64,000 nucleotides of DNA. Source: Rhodothermaceae bacterium bin80 (lineage in GTDB: Bacteria > Bacteroidota > Rhodothermia > Rhodothermales > Bin80). The notes beneath the pieces were generated by a model. It was given only the letters and a program-made list of their open reading frames with translations, had not been told where the DNA came from and searched no databases. The stretch's first letter is position 1. Each line of letters starts with the position of its first letter. Both the position numbers and the translations under genes were made by a program. Shown here piece after piece: positions 30,574 to 41,090 of the stretch. The stretch is from assembly GCA_002238805.1 (NCBI GenBank), contig MPNB01000002.1, positions 14,045-78,044 of the forward strand, given 5' to 3'.

Positions 30574-32030
30574 GTGACCCTTTCTATGATGCCGGGTGTT
30601 GCATGAACCGCCGGCATTTCTTTTCAAAGCTAAGTCTTGGAATAGGCGGAGCAGCCCTCGCATCCCTGATGGGATGTGCACAAACATCCGATCAATTGGC
30701 TGTGGGCTCAGCCTTCCGAGGAATTCTGAACTCGCCTCATATTGCCCCCAAGGCGCGTCGGGTGATTTATCTCTTCCAGAGCGGTGGACCTTCCCAACTT
30801 GAACTCTTTGACTATAAGCCCACGCTGCATCATAGAAGAGGTCAGGATCTGCCGGAATCCATCCGGATGGGACAGCGCCTGACCGGCATGACCGCCTATC
30901 AGAACTCGCTGCCCCTAGCACCTACCATTTATCCGTTTGCACAGCACGGCAACAGCGGTGCATGGATCAGTGATCTGTTGCCGTACACCGCCAAGATTGC
31001 CGATGAACTCTGCATTGTACGGTCTATGTACACCGAGGCAATCAATCATGACCCGGCCATTACCTTCTTTCAAACCGGCTCACAGCAACCCGGTCGCCCC
31101 AGTATGGGAGCCTGGCTGAGTTATGGTCTGGGCAGCTCGAACGAGGACCTGCCTACTTTCTGTGTACTCTTGTCCCGTGGGCTCCAGCGCCCACAACCTA
31201 TCTATTCACGTCTATGGGGTAACGGATTTCTGGCAGCTCTGCATCAGGGAGTACAGTTTCGTGCAGGAGGGGATCCAGTTTTATACCTGAATAACCCGCC
31301 CGGACTGAATGCCAGTGACCGGCGCAGTATGCTCAAACACTTGGCCCGTCTGAACGAAATGCATTACGACGTGAGTGGAGATCCAGAAGTCCGGTCACGC
31401 ATTGCCCAATACGAAATGGCCTACCGGATGCAAACTTCTGTGCCCGATGTAACCGACCTGTCGGACGAGCCCGAAGCGACGTTCGAGCTCTACGGAGAAG
31501 CTGCGCGCACACCAGGGACTTATGCAGCCAACTGTCTCTTGGCGCGCCGCCTTGCTGAGCGGGATGTGCGTTTTATTCAACTCTACCATATGGGTTGGGA
31601 TCAGCACGGCAACCTGCCGCACGACATTGCACTGCAATGCAAGGATACCGACCAACCGTCCGCAGCACTGGTCACCGACCTGAAACAAAGAGGGCTACTG
31701 AACGACACGCTGGTCATCTGGGGTGGCGAATTCGGCCGTACAAATTATTCGCAGGGCACACTCACAGAAACGAACTACGGACGAGACCACCATCCGCGAT
31801 GCTTCACCATCTGGATGGCCGGAGGCGGTGTCAAACCTGGCCTTACTTACGGAGCCACCGATGAACTGGGATACAACATCACACAGAATCCCGTCCATGT
31901 ACACGACTTCCAGGCAACAGTCCTTCACTTGCTGGGCATTGAACATGAACGGCTCACGTATCGTCATCAGGGGCGCCGGTATAGACTAACAGATGTGCAT
32001 GGCCATGTGGTTAAGGATCTCTTGGCCTGA
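30570..32030 (+). CDS. DUF1501 family protein (sulfatase/alkaline-phosphatase-like fold) with twin-arginine signal (small subunit, pair 1)
   Basis: 486 aa; Tat leader [23 protein letters not shown]; [14 protein letters not shown]; [11 protein letters not shown]; GRDHHPRCF; [13 protein letters not shown]; ATGA overlap with the upstream stop. Confidence 0.85.
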   Translation: MSDPFYDAGCCMNRRHFFSKLSLGIGGAALASLMGCAQTSDQLAVGSAFRGILNSPHIAPKARRVIYLFQSGGPSQLELFDYKPTLHHRRGQDLPESIRMGQRLTGMTAYQNSLPLAPTIYPFAQHGNSGAWISDLLPYTAKIADELCIVRSMYTEAINHDPAITFFQTGSQQPGRPSMGAWLSYGLGSSNEDLPTFCVLLSRGLQRPQPIYSRLWGNGFLAALHQGVQFRAGGDPVLYLNNPPGLNASDRRSMLKHLARLNEMHYDVSGDPEVRSRIAQYEMAYRMQTSVPDVTDLSDEPEATFELYGEAARTPGTYAANCLLARRLAERDVRFIQLYHMGWDQHGNLPHDIALQCKDTDQPSAALVTDLKQRGLLNDTLVIWGGEFGRTNYSQGTLTETNYGRDHHPRCFTIWMAGGGVKPGLTYGATDELGYNITQNPVHVHDFQATVLHLLGIEHERLTYRHQGRRYRLTDVHGHVVKDLLA

Positions 32031-35000
32031 AATCATCGGCGCTGTAGTTTGCATAACGCTGCTCATTACAGCCGGATGCGGGGGCGAACTACGTCCACAG
32101 GATGCGGCCTTGCAGGAAGTCGTCGACTACAACTTCCATATCCGACCGATCCTTTCGGACCGCTGTTATGCCTGCCATGGTCCTGACGCCAACGCGCGGC
32201 AGGCCGACCTGCGCTTGGATGAGGAGGCCGGGGCAAAGCGAGAACGCCTTGCTTCCGGTGGACATGCTATTGTACCGGGGAGTCTCAGAAAGAGTCGTCT
32301 GTATTCGCGTATTCGCTCCGATGACCCGGAGGTACGCATGCCCCCACTGGAATCAAACCTCTCGCTGTCTGACCACGAAATTGCACTCATCGGCCGATGG
32401 ATTGAGCAGGGAGCTGAATGGAAACCACATTGGAGCTTCCTGCCGGCCGCAGATTTACCCCTGCCGGTTGTTCAGCAATCGGATTGGCCGAACAACGGAA
32501 TTGACTACTTTACGCTGTCGCGTCTCGAGTCGAAAGGACTGACTCCCGCTCCAGAGGCAGACCCGGGCACGCTCCTTCGACGGGTCACACTCGACTTAAC
32601 CGGTCTCCCCCCAACACTGGACGAACTGGACCTTTTTCTTGCGGATACATCTGCCCATGCCTACGAAACGGTTGTAGATCGGCTGCTTAACTCAGCAGCT
32701 TATGGAGAGCATATGGCCTCTATGTGGCTTGACATCGCCAGATACGCGGACACGCATGGGTATCAAAATGATCGAGACCGGTACGTGTGGCCGTGGAGAG
32801 ACTGGGTCGTGGAAGCCTATAATCAGAATCTTCCCTTTGATGAGTTCGGGACCTGGCAGCTTGCGGGGGACCTACTGCCGAATGCAACGCTGAATCAACG
32901 ACTGGCTACCACCTTCAACCGTAACCACCGACAAACCAACGAAGGGGGCAGTATCGAAGAAGAGTTCCGTACAGAGTACGTGGCTGATCGCGTTAATACG
33001 GTGGGGGCGGCTTTCATGGGCCTAACCCTCGAGTGCGCACGCTGCCACGATCACAAATACGATCCGATCACGCAAGCCAACTACTATGGGCTCTTTAGCT
33101 TTTTTAACAATGTGGATGAGTCCGGACAGACTTCGCATTTTACAAATGCGGTGCCCGTACCCGCGCTGGATCTGCCTACGCCTGACAAGCGGGAGGAGCT
33201 GGATCGCCTTGCACGAGAGATCGAAGCAGCTGAGCGTGCGGTTAGTGATCTAGCCGAAGTGTCAAGGAACAGTTTTGCCTCTTGGGATCAACCACTACCA
33301 CCAGATACCGATCCGAAGCCCATTCTCGCCTGCGAGTTTGAGCGTCTGAGCGGACAAACGTTACAGTGCAATGATGGCATACAGGGGACTGTCGTCTTCA
33401 CTCCAGATGTGGTGCCTGGCCACCGGGGCCAGGCAATGGCTTTTGATGGTGAGAGTGGTTTCTCTTTTGCAGGTATGGGCGAGTTCCGGCGAACACAACC
33501 CTTTGCAGTCAGCCTCTGGATCAATCCGGGAGAAGATACAGGCGCTATCGTACATCGCACACAAGCTGCACTTGATGCTGGAAGCCGCGGCTGGGAGCTT
33601 GCACTCCTGGACGGTCACCTTGTCGCCCAACTGGCCCATATGTGGCCCGAAAATGCCTTGCGCATCAAAACAATCGACACCCTCCCGCTTGGAGATTGGA
33701 CTCACGTAGCTATGACCTACGATGGATCCAGCCGCGCCTCCGGTGTACGCCTGTACGTCAATGGCCTCCTTACCAAGGTAGAAACAGTTCGTGATGGTCT
33801 TACCCGACACATCACGTACGAAAATATGAATGTACCCCTGCAAATCGCATACCGATTCCGCGATAGCGGTCTGCGCAACGGAGCTGTTGATGAGCTGCGC
33901 CTGTACGATCGGATGCTCTATGGATTTGAGGTTGCACACCTGGCGGAGAAAAAGGATGTGGTCCCGGATAGAGACGACCTTTTTCAATGGTATCTAGCAC
34001 ATGAGGTGATGCCTTGGCAGCGCGCACAGGCTGTCCTCCAAACTCTGCGCGAGAAAGAGAACACACTCCTCGAAGATATCCCGGCAATCATGGTCACCGA
34101 GGAGATGTCCTCCCCGCGACCAGCATACATATTGAACCGCGGTCAGTACGATGCAAAGGGGGATCCCGTTGAAGCACACACACCGGAAGCCATCCTGCGT
34201 TTACCCGATGATCTACCACGAAACCGCCTCGGTTTGGCTAGGTGGCTGTTTCATCCAGAGCACCCACTTACTGCCCGGGTTGCAGTGAACCGGTACTGGC
34301 AAAAGTACTTCGGAACTGGCATTGTGTCAACTCCTGAAGATTTTGGACGCCAGGGAGCCTTACCATCCTTCCCTGAACTGCTGGACTATCTGGCCACGAC
34401 ATTCGTTGACTCGGGATGGAACATCAAGGCTATGCAGCGCCTGATCTTAACGAGCGCCACCTACCGCCAGCAATCTGAAGCTACCCCTGAACTCCTGGGC
34501 CTTGATCCTGATAATACGTTGTTCGCACGAGGCCCTCGACTTCGCCTGAGTGCAGAGATGGTGCGCGACCAGGCACTTGCAGTCAGTGGACTTCTTGACC
34601 GAACACTCGGTGGACCCGCAGTTAAACCGTACCAGCCGAAAGGGCTCTGGCAGGAAAAAGCCGGTATCCGATATGAGCAGGGTTCAGGTCCTGACCTCTA
34701 CAGACGCACATTATATACATTCTTCAAGCGTACTTCTCCGCCTCCTTCCCTGATCACGTTTGACATGCCAACACGTGCACAATGTGTGATGCGTCGTCAG
34801 CGTACGGCTACCCCTATGCAGGCCCTGGTTCTGCTCAATGATCCACAGTACGTGGAAGCAGCCCGTCATATAGCTGCCCGTATGCTCGGAATGGAGACGC
34901 TTGAAGATCAAATTGCGCTGGGCTTCAGACTGTTGACAGGACGCAACCCGGACTCGCCCGAAACGGAAGCATTGAAGACACTGTATACTGAACAGTTTGA

Positions 35001-36512
35001 AGCATTTTCTACGGAACCCGAAGCAGCAAGACAATTGCTGAAGACCGGTGAGTCTCAACTGCAAGTGGGACTGAGTTCCATTGAATGGGCCGCACATACA
35101 ATGGTCGCCAATGCATTGTTATCTTTTGATGAGGCTATTGAGAAGTACTGATGCATGAGTGTTGTAATTATAATCCTCTCAGCACTCGCAGGGAATTTCT
35201 GGGGCGCCTTGGCATGGGGCTGGGTGGGCTCGCGCTGTCTTCGCTCGTGAACCCGGCCCTGGCCGATGGGCCAGATTTAATCCCGCGCGCTAAACGTATC
35301 ATTTATCTGTTCCAGAGCGGCGGACCTTCGCAGTTCGAGTTGTTCGACTATAAGCCGCGGGTTAACGCCATGCACGGGCAGGAACTGCCGGAATCTGTCC
35401 GCAAGGGACAGCGGCTTACCGGCATGACTGGCTTCCAGAACACGTTGCCCCTGGCCCGCTCACACTTTTCTTTTGCTCAACATGGGGAGAGTGGAACCTG
35501 GGTGAGCGAATTGATGCCGCATACTGCAGGGATTGTGGATGAATTATGCTTCGTGAAATCCATGCATACCGAAGCGATCAATCATGATCCGGCGATTACA
35601 TTCTTTCTTACGGGATCACAGATCGCGGGTCGGCCATCATTCGGATCATGGCTCAGCTACGGACTCGGAACAGAAAACGATAACCTGCCTGCATTTTGTG
35701 TGCTCATCACCAAAGACAAGGGAGGACAACCACTCTATGCCCGACTTTGGGGGAATGGGTTCCTGCCATCGCAACACCAGGGAGTGCAGTTCAGAAGCGG
35801 AATGGATCCCGTGCTTTATCTGAACAACCCTGATGGCGTCTCTTCAAAACAACGACGAATGCAACTTGACCGCCTTCGGGAGTTGCATCAACTGAAAGAA
35901 GGCGCGCCCGGATGGGAGCGTATTGAGTCACGGATATCTCAGTACGAAATGGCCTATCGTATGCAAACCTCTGTGCCCGATGTGATGGACCTTTCCAATG
36001 AGCCGGATTATATCTTTGATCTCTACGGCGAAGATGCCCGGGAGCCCGGCACCTTTGCCGCCAACTGTCTTTTGGCCCGGCGCTTAGCTGAGCGGGGTGT
36101 ACGCTTTATCCAGCTCTTCCATCAGGGATGGGATCATCATGGGGGACTGCCATCCGGTATTCAAGTCCAGTCAAGGGAAACCGACCAGCCCTCGGCTGCA
36201 CTCGTGCGGGACCTCAAACAGCGGGGCATGCTGGACGATACCCTGGTCATCTGGGGCGGAGAGTTTGGGCGTACCAATTACTGCCAGGGACGCCTTACAG
36301 ATGTAGATTACGGCCGTGATCACCATCCACGATGTTTTACACTGTGGATGGCGGGTGGAGGCATGCGATCCGGTTTCAGCTATGGCGAGACGGATGATCT
36401 TGGCTATAATGTAGTTCGCGACCCGGTGCATGTTCATGATTTGCAAGCAACCCTGATGCATCTGCTTGGAATTGATCATGAGCGACTTACCTTTAGATAT
36501 CAGGGCCGCCGA
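31980..36512 (+). repeat. tandem segmental duplication, copy A (about 4.53 kb: large subunit + DUF1501)
   Basis: ATAGACTAACAGATGTGCATGGCCATGTGGTTAAGGATCTC occurs at 31981 and 36514 (offset 4533); both following gene pairs are colinear. Confidence 0.95.
31993..35151 (+). CDS. PSCyt1 / PSCyt2(DUF1549) / LamG-like / PSD1(DUF1553) protein, predicted lipoprotein (large subunit, pair 2)
   Basis: 1052 aa; leader ...[10 protein letters not shown]; CYACHGPD...VRMPPLE; [12 protein letters not shown]; [12 protein letters not shown]; LamG-like MAFDGESGF...FAVSLWI...[12 protein letters not shown]...LYVNG; FDMPTRAQC...[13 protein letters not shown]. Start (ATG 31993/31999/32005) lies inside the 3' end of the preceding DUF1501 gene. 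Confidence 0.85.
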   Translation: MCMAMWLRISWPEIIGAVVCITLLITAGCGGELRPQDAALQEVVDYNFHIRPILSDRCYACHGPDANARQADLRLDEEAGAKRERLASGGHAIVPGSLRKSRLYSRIRSDDPEVRMPPLESNLSLSDHEIALIGRWIEQGAEWKPHWSFLPAADLPLPVVQQSDWPNNGIDYFTLSRLESKGLTPAPEADPGTLLRRVTLDLTGLPPTLDELDLFLADTSAHAYETVVDRLLNSAAYGEHMASMWLDIARYADTHGYQNDRDRYVWPWRDWVVEAYNQNLPFDEFGTWQLAGDLLPNATLNQRLATTFNRNHRQTNEGGSIEEEFRTEYVADRVNTVGAAFMGLTLECARCHDHKYDPITQANYYGLFSFFNNVDESGQTSHFTNAVPVPALDLPTPDKREELDRLAREIEAAERAVSDLAEVSRNSFASWDQPLPPDTDPKPILACEFERLSGQTLQCNDGIQGTVVFTPDVVPGHRGQAMAFDGESGFSFAGMGEFRRTQPFAVSLWINPGEDTGAIVHRTQAALDAGSRGWELALLDGHLVAQLAHMWPENALRIKTIDTLPLGDWTHVAMTYDGSSRASGVRLYVNGLLTKVETVRDGLTRHITYENMNVPLQIAYRFRDSGLRNGAVDELRLYDRMLYGFEVAHLAEKKDVVPDRDDLFQWYLAHEVMPWQRAQAVLQTLREKENTLLEDIPAIMVTEEMSSPRPAYILNRGQYDAKGDPVEAHTPEAILRLPDDLPRNRLGLARWLFHPEHPLTARVAVNRYWQKYFGTGIVSTPEDFGRQGALPSFPELLDYLATTFVDSGWNIKAMQRLILTSATYRQQSEATPELLGLDPDNTLFARGPRLRLSAEMVRDQALAVSGLLDRTLGGPAVKPYQPKGLWQEKAGIRYEQGSGPDLYRRTLYTFFKRTSPPPSLITFDMPTRAQCVMRRQRTATPMQALVLLNDPQYVEAARHIAARMLGMETLEDQIALGFRLLTGRNPDSPETEALKTLYTEQFEAFSTEPEAARQLLKTGESQLQVGLSSIEWAAHTMVANALLSFDEAIEKY

Positions 36513-36563
36513 TATAGACTAACAGATGTGCATGGCCATGTGGTTAAGGATCTCCTGGCCTGA
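35151..36563 (+). CDS. DUF1501 family protein with twin-arginine signal (small subunit, pair 2)
   Basis: 470 aa; STRREFLGRLGMGLGGLALSSLV; SGGPSQFELFDYKP; GRDHHPRCF; VHDLQATLMHLLG; TGATG stop/start overlap. Confidence 0.85.
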   Translation: MHECCNYNPLSTRREFLGRLGMGLGGLALSSLVNPALADGPDLIPRAKRIIYLFQSGGPSQFELFDYKPRVNAMHGQELPESVRKGQRLTGMTGFQNTLPLARSHFSFAQHGESGTWVSELMPHTAGIVDELCFVKSMHTEAINHDPAITFFLTGSQIAGRPSFGSWLSYGLGTENDNLPAFCVLITKDKGGQPLYARLWGNGFLPSQHQGVQFRSGMDPVLYLNNPDGVSSKQRRMQLDRLRELHQLKEGAPGWERIESRISQYEMAYRMQTSVPDVMDLSNEPDYIFDLYGEDAREPGTFAANCLLARRLAERGVRFIQLFHQGWDHHGGLPSGIQVQSRETDQPSAALVRDLKQRGMLDDTLVIWGGEFGRTNYCQGRLTDVDYGRDHHPRCFTLWMAGGGMRSGFSYGETDDLGYNVVRDPVHVHDLQATLMHLLGIDHERLTFRYQGRRYRLTDVHGHVVKDLLA

Positions 36564-39500
36564 AATCATCCCTTTTGCGGTTTGCATAACCCTGCTTATG
36601 ACAGCCGGGTGCGGGAGCGAACTGCATCCACGGGATGCAACGTTGCCGGAAGTAGTTGACTACAATTATCATGTCCGGCCGATCCTTTCGGACCGCTGTT
36701 ACGCCTGCCATGGTCCTGATGCCAACGCACGGCAGGCCGGCCTGCGTCTGGATGAGGAGGCTGGGGCAAAGCAGCAGCGTCTCGCTTCCGGTGGATATGC
36801 TGTCGTACCGGGAAGCCTCAGAAAGAGCCGGCTGCATTTCCGTATTCACTCCGATGATCCAGAGGTGCGCATGCCCCCGCTGGAATCGAATCTTTCGCTA
36901 TCTGACCACGAAATTGCACTCCTCAGCCGCTGGATTGAGCAGGGAGCCGAATGGAAGCCACACTGGAGCTTCCTGCCGGCTGCCGATCTACCGCTGCCGG
37001 CCGTCCAACAATCAGATTGGCCAAACAACGGAATTGACCACTTTACGCTCGCACGTCTTGAGTCGGAAGGGCTGACCCCGGCTCAAGAGGCAGATCCAGG
37101 TACGCTCCTTCGACGCGTTACACTTGACCTAACTGGCCTTCCCCCGACGTTGGAGGAACTAGACGCTTTTCGTGCAGATACCTCTGTTCATGCCTATGAA
37201 AAGTCTGTTGATCGGCTGCTTGACTCCCCTGCTTATGGAGAGCACATGGCTTCTATGTGGCTGGATATCGCTAGATTCGCGGACACAGATGGATATCAGA
37301 TTGATGGGGATCGGTACGTGTGGCCGTGGAGAGACTGGGTCGTTGAAGCCTACAACCAGAACTTGCCCTTTGATAAGTTCGCAACCTGGCAGCTTGCGGG
37401 AGACCTGCTGCCAAATGCAACGCTGAACCAACGGCTGGCGACCACCTTCAACCGTAACCATCGCCAGACTAACGAAGGGGGCATTATTGAAGAAGAGTTA
37501 CGCACGGAATATGTGGCGGATCGCGTCAATACGATGGGGGCGGCATTCATGGGCCTGACCCTTGAATGTGCACGCTGCCACGATCACAAGTACGATCCGA
37601 TTACGCAAGCCAACTACTATGGGCTCTTCAGTTTTTTTAACAATGTGGATGAGTCCGGGCAGATTTCACCGTATGCAGTGCCCGTGCCCGCACTGGATCT
37701 GCCTACGCCGGATGATCAGGAGGAACTGGATCGTCTCGCACATGAGATTGAATCAGCCGAGCGTGCAGTTGGCAATATAGCGGAAATGTCAAGGCTGGGC
37801 TTTACTTCCCGGTACCCTTCATTACCGCCGGATACCGACCCCAGACCCATTCTTGCCTGCGAGTTTGAACGCCTGAACGGACCAACATTACCATGCCATG
37901 ATGGCAAACAGGGGACAGCCGTCTTCACCCCAGATATAGTGCCTGGGTACCAGGGGCGGGCAATGGCCTTTGACGGTCAGAGCGGTTTCTCCTTCGCAGA
38001 TATGGGTGAATTCCGGCGAACACAACCCTTCACCGTAAGTCTCTGGATCAATCCGGGAGAAGATACAGGTGCCATCGTGCATCGCACGCTGGCTGCACTG
38101 CCTGTCGGGAGCCGCGGCTGGGAGCTTGTACTCCTGGATGGTCGCCTCGTGGCGCAACTGGCCCATATGTGGCCCCAAAATGCCTTGCGCATCCAAACAA
38201 TTGATACCCTCCCGCTCGGAGAATGGGCGCATGTAGCCATGACCTACGATGGATCTAGCCGCGCCTCCGGTGTGCGCCTGTACCTCAATGGACTCCTCGC
38301 CGATGTAGAAACCGTTCGTGATGGTCTTACCCGACATATCACGTACGAAAGTATTAAGGTCCCCCTGCAAATCGCATACCGACACGAAGAGAGCGGCCTG
38401 CGCAACGGAGCTGTTGATGAATTGCGCCTGTACGATCAGAGGCTGTACGGCTTTGAGGTTGCGCGCCTGGCAGGGAGAACAGAAGCGACCCCGGATCGAC
38501 ACGATCTTTTTCAATGGTATCTGGCACATGAGGTGATGCCTTGGCAGCGCGCACAGGCTGCCCTCCAGACCCTGCGCGAACAGGAGAACACCCTCCTTGA
38601 AGGTATCCCGGCAATCATGGTCACTGAGGAGATGTCCTCCGCACGACCAGCGTACATATTGAACCGTGGCCTGTACGACGCAAAGGGGGAGCACGTTGAA
38701 CCGCACACACCAGATGCCATCCTGCCTTTCCCCGATGGTGCACCTCAAAACCGACTCGGTTTGGCCAGATGGCTCTTTCATCCAGAGCATCCTCTTACTG
38801 CCCGGGTTGCAGTGAATCGGTATTGGCAGAAGTACTTTGGAACCGGCATTGTCTCCACACCTGAAGATTTTGGACGACAGGGCGCCTTGCCCTCCTTCCC
38901 TGAACTGCTGGATTATCTGGCCACGACATTCGTTAACTCGGGATGGGACATCAAAGCTATGCAGCGCCTGATCGTGACGAGTGCCACCTATCGCCAGCAA
39001 TCTGAAGCTACCCCTGAACTTCTGGATCTTGACCCCGACAATAAGTTGTTCGCACGAGGCCCCAGACTTCGCCTGAGTGCAGAGATGGTGCGCGATCAGG
39101 CACTTGCAGTCAGTGGACTTCTCGACCGAACGCTTGGTGGACCTGCAGTTAAACCGTATCAACCAGGAGGACTCTGGCAGGAAAAGTCCGGGATCAGGTA
39201 TGAGCAGGGCTCGGGCTCCGACCTTTATCGGCGCACACTATACACCTTCTTCAAGCGCACTTCCCCGCCTCCTTCCCTGATCACGTTTGACATGCCAACA
39301 CGTGCACAATGTGTGATGCGGCGTCAGCGTACGGCGACCCCTATGCAGGCCCTGGTTCTGCTCAATGACCCGCAGTATGTCGAAGCATCCCGTCATATAG
39401 CCGCCCGCATGCTCGGAATGGAAACACTTGAAGATCAAATTGCGTTGGGATTTAGACTGTTAACCGGACGAAGTCCAGATCCATCCGAAACGAAAGCATT

Positions 39501-41035
39501 GCAATCACTATACACCGAACAGCTTGAGGAATTTTCCAAGGATCCCGAAGCGGCTAGACAGCTATTGGAAACCGGGGAGTCTCAACTGCAAGCGGGACTG
39601 AGCCCCGTTGAATGGGCTGCACATACCATGGTTGCCAATGCATTATTATCCTTTGATGAAGTTATTGAGAAATACTGATGCATGCGTGTGGTAATTATGA
39701 TCCTCTCAGCACTCGCAGGGAGTTTCTGGGGCGTCTTGGCATGGGGCTGGGCGGGCTCGCGTTGTCCTCGCTAGTAAATCCGGCCCTGGCCACTGGGACG
39801 GATTTGATCCCGCGCGCAAAGCGTATTATTTATTTGTTCCAGAGCGGTGGCCCCTCGCAGTTTGAACTATTCGACTATAAGCCACAGGTTAATGCCATGC
39901 ACGGGCAGGAGCTGCCCGAATCCGTCCGCAAAGGACAGCGGCTTACCGGCATGACAGGCTTCCAGAACACGTTGCCCCTGGCCCGCTCACACTTTTCTTT
40001 TGGTCAACATGGGGAGAGCGGAACCTGGGTGAGCGAATTGATGCCGCATACTGCAGGGATTGTGGATGAATTATGCTTCGTGAAATCCATGCATACCGAA
40101 GCAATCAATCATGATCCGGCGATTACATTCTTTCTTACGGGATCACAGATCGCGGGTCGGCCATCATTCGGATCATGGCTCAGCTACGGACTCGGAACAG
40201 AAAACGATAACCTGCCTGCATTTTGCGTGCTCATTACTAAAGACAAGGGGGGCCAGCCACTCTATGCCCGACTCTGGGGGAATGGGTTTCTCCCATCCCA
40301 GCACCAGGGAGTGCAGTTCAGAAGCGGCATGGATCCTGTACTTTACCTAGGCAATCCTGATGGTGTCTCTTCAAAACAACGACGAATGCAGCTCGACCGC
40401 CTTCGGGAATTGCATCAGTTGAAAGAAGGAGCGCCCGGATGGGAGCGCATTGAGTCACGGATCGCTCAGTACGAAATGGCCTATCGTATGCAGACATCTG
40501 TACCCGATGTTATGGACCTTTCCAATGAACCGGACTATATCTTTGATCTTTACGGCGAAGATGCCCGGGAACCCGGTACCTTTGCCGCCAACTGTCTTTT
40601 GGCCCGGCGTCTGGCAGAACGGGGCGTACGCTTTATCCAGCTCTTCCATCAGGGATGGGATCATCACGGAGGACTGCCATCCGGCATTAGAGTCCAGTCA
40701 GGGGAAACCGATCAACCCTCGGCTGCACTTGTGCAGGACCTCAAACAACGGGGTATGCTTGACGATACCTTAGTCATTTGGGGTGGAGAGTTTGGGCGCA
40801 CTAATTACTGCCAGGGACGCCTTACAGATGTGGATTACGGTCGTGATCATCATCCTAGATGTTTCACACTCTGGATGGCTGGTGGAGGTTTACGCTCCGG
40901 TTTCAGCTACGGTGAGACTGATGATCTTGGCTATAATGTAGTTCGCGATCCGGTGCATGTGCATGATTTGCAAGCAACCCTGATGCATCTCCTAGGAATT
41001 GATCATGAGCGGCTTACCTTCAAGTATCAGGGCCG
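36513..41035 (+). repeat. tandem segmental duplication, copy B
   Basis: Colinear with copy A; high identity ends after CAGGGCCG at about 41035, inside the 3' end of the third DUF1501 gene. Confidence 0.95.
36526..39678 (+). CDS. PSCyt1 / PSCyt2(DUF1549) / LamG-like / PSD1(DUF1553) protein, predicted lipoprotein (large subunit, pair 3; duplicate of pair 2)
   Basis: 1050 aa, colinear with 31993..35151 and sharing all its motif boxes; leader ...[10 protein letters not shown]. Confidence 0.85.
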   Translation: MCMAMWLRISWPEIIPFAVCITLLMTAGCGSELHPRDATLPEVVDYNYHVRPILSDRCYACHGPDANARQAGLRLDEEAGAKQQRLASGGYAVVPGSLRKSRLHFRIHSDDPEVRMPPLESNLSLSDHEIALLSRWIEQGAEWKPHWSFLPAADLPLPAVQQSDWPNNGIDHFTLARLESEGLTPAQEADPGTLLRRVTLDLTGLPPTLEELDAFRADTSVHAYEKSVDRLLDSPAYGEHMASMWLDIARFADTDGYQIDGDRYVWPWRDWVVEAYNQNLPFDKFATWQLAGDLLPNATLNQRLATTFNRNHRQTNEGGIIEEELRTEYVADRVNTMGAAFMGLTLECARCHDHKYDPITQANYYGLFSFFNNVDESGQISPYAVPVPALDLPTPDDQEELDRLAHEIESAERAVGNIAEMSRLGFTSRYPSLPPDTDPRPILACEFERLNGPTLPCHDGKQGTAVFTPDIVPGYQGRAMAFDGQSGFSFADMGEFRRTQPFTVSLWINPGEDTGAIVHRTLAALPVGSRGWELVLLDGRLVAQLAHMWPQNALRIQTIDTLPLGEWAHVAMTYDGSSRASGVRLYLNGLLADVETVRDGLTRHITYESIKVPLQIAYRHEESGLRNGAVDELRLYDQRLYGFEVARLAGRTEATPDRHDLFQWYLAHEVMPWQRAQAALQTLREQENTLLEGIPAIMVTEEMSSARPAYILNRGLYDAKGEHVEPHTPDAILPFPDGAPQNRLGLARWLFHPEHPLTARVAVNRYWQKYFGTGIVSTPEDFGRQGALPSFPELLDYLATTFVNSGWDIKAMQRLIVTSATYRQQSEATPELLDLDPDNKLFARGPRLRLSAEMVRDQALAVSGLLDRTLGGPAVKPYQPGGLWQEKSGIRYEQGSGSDLYRRTLYTFFKRTSPPPSLITFDMPTRAQCVMRRQRTATPMQALVLLNDPQYVEASRHIAARMLGMETLEDQIALGFRLLTGRSPDPSETKALQSLYTEQLEEFSKDPEAARQLLETGESQLQAGLSPVEWAAHTMVANALLSFDEVIEKY

Positions 41036-41090
41036 TCGTTACCGCCTTACGGATGTACACGGCACCGTCGTAAAACCTCTGATAGCATGA
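39678..41090 (+). CDS. DUF1501 family protein with twin-arginine signal (small subunit, pair 3; duplicate of pair 2)
   Basis: 470 aa, differs from 35151..36563 at only about 15-20 residues by eye, including the last about 10 residues. Confidence 0.85.
   Translation: MHACGNYDPLSTRREFLGRLGMGLGGLALSSLVNPALATGTDLIPRAKRIIYLFQSGGPSQFELFDYKPQVNAMHGQELPESVRKGQRLTGMTGFQNTLPLARSHFSFGQHGESGTWVSELMPHTAGIVDELCFVKSMHTEAINHDPAITFFLTGSQIAGRPSFGSWLSYGLGTENDNLPAFCVLITKDKGGQPLYARLWGNGFLPSQHQGVQFRSGMDPVLYLGNPDGVSSKQRRMQLDRLRELHQLKEGAPGWERIESRIAQYEMAYRMQTSVPDVMDLSNEPDYIFDLYGEDAREPGTFAANCLLARRLAERGVRFIQLFHQGWDHHGGLPSGIRVQSGETDQPSAALVQDLKQRGMLDDTLVIWGGEFGRTNYCQGRLTDVDYGRDHHPRCFTLWMAGGGLRSGFSYGETDDLGYNVVRDPVHVHDLQATLMHLLGIDHERLTFKYQGRRYRLTDVHGTVVKPLIA

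Noticed and set aside
37888-39162. 424-aa minus-strand ORF, plus similar ones at 33361-33987, 44150-45034, 30370-30921 and 42047-42451, lying antisense to the PSCyt/DUF1501 genes
   Set aside because: They are fully embedded antisense in + strand genes that have strong motif support. Their sequences are low-complexity (Arg/Gly/Cys/His-rich) with no recognisable motifs, as expected for shadow ORFs opposite genes with biased codon usage.
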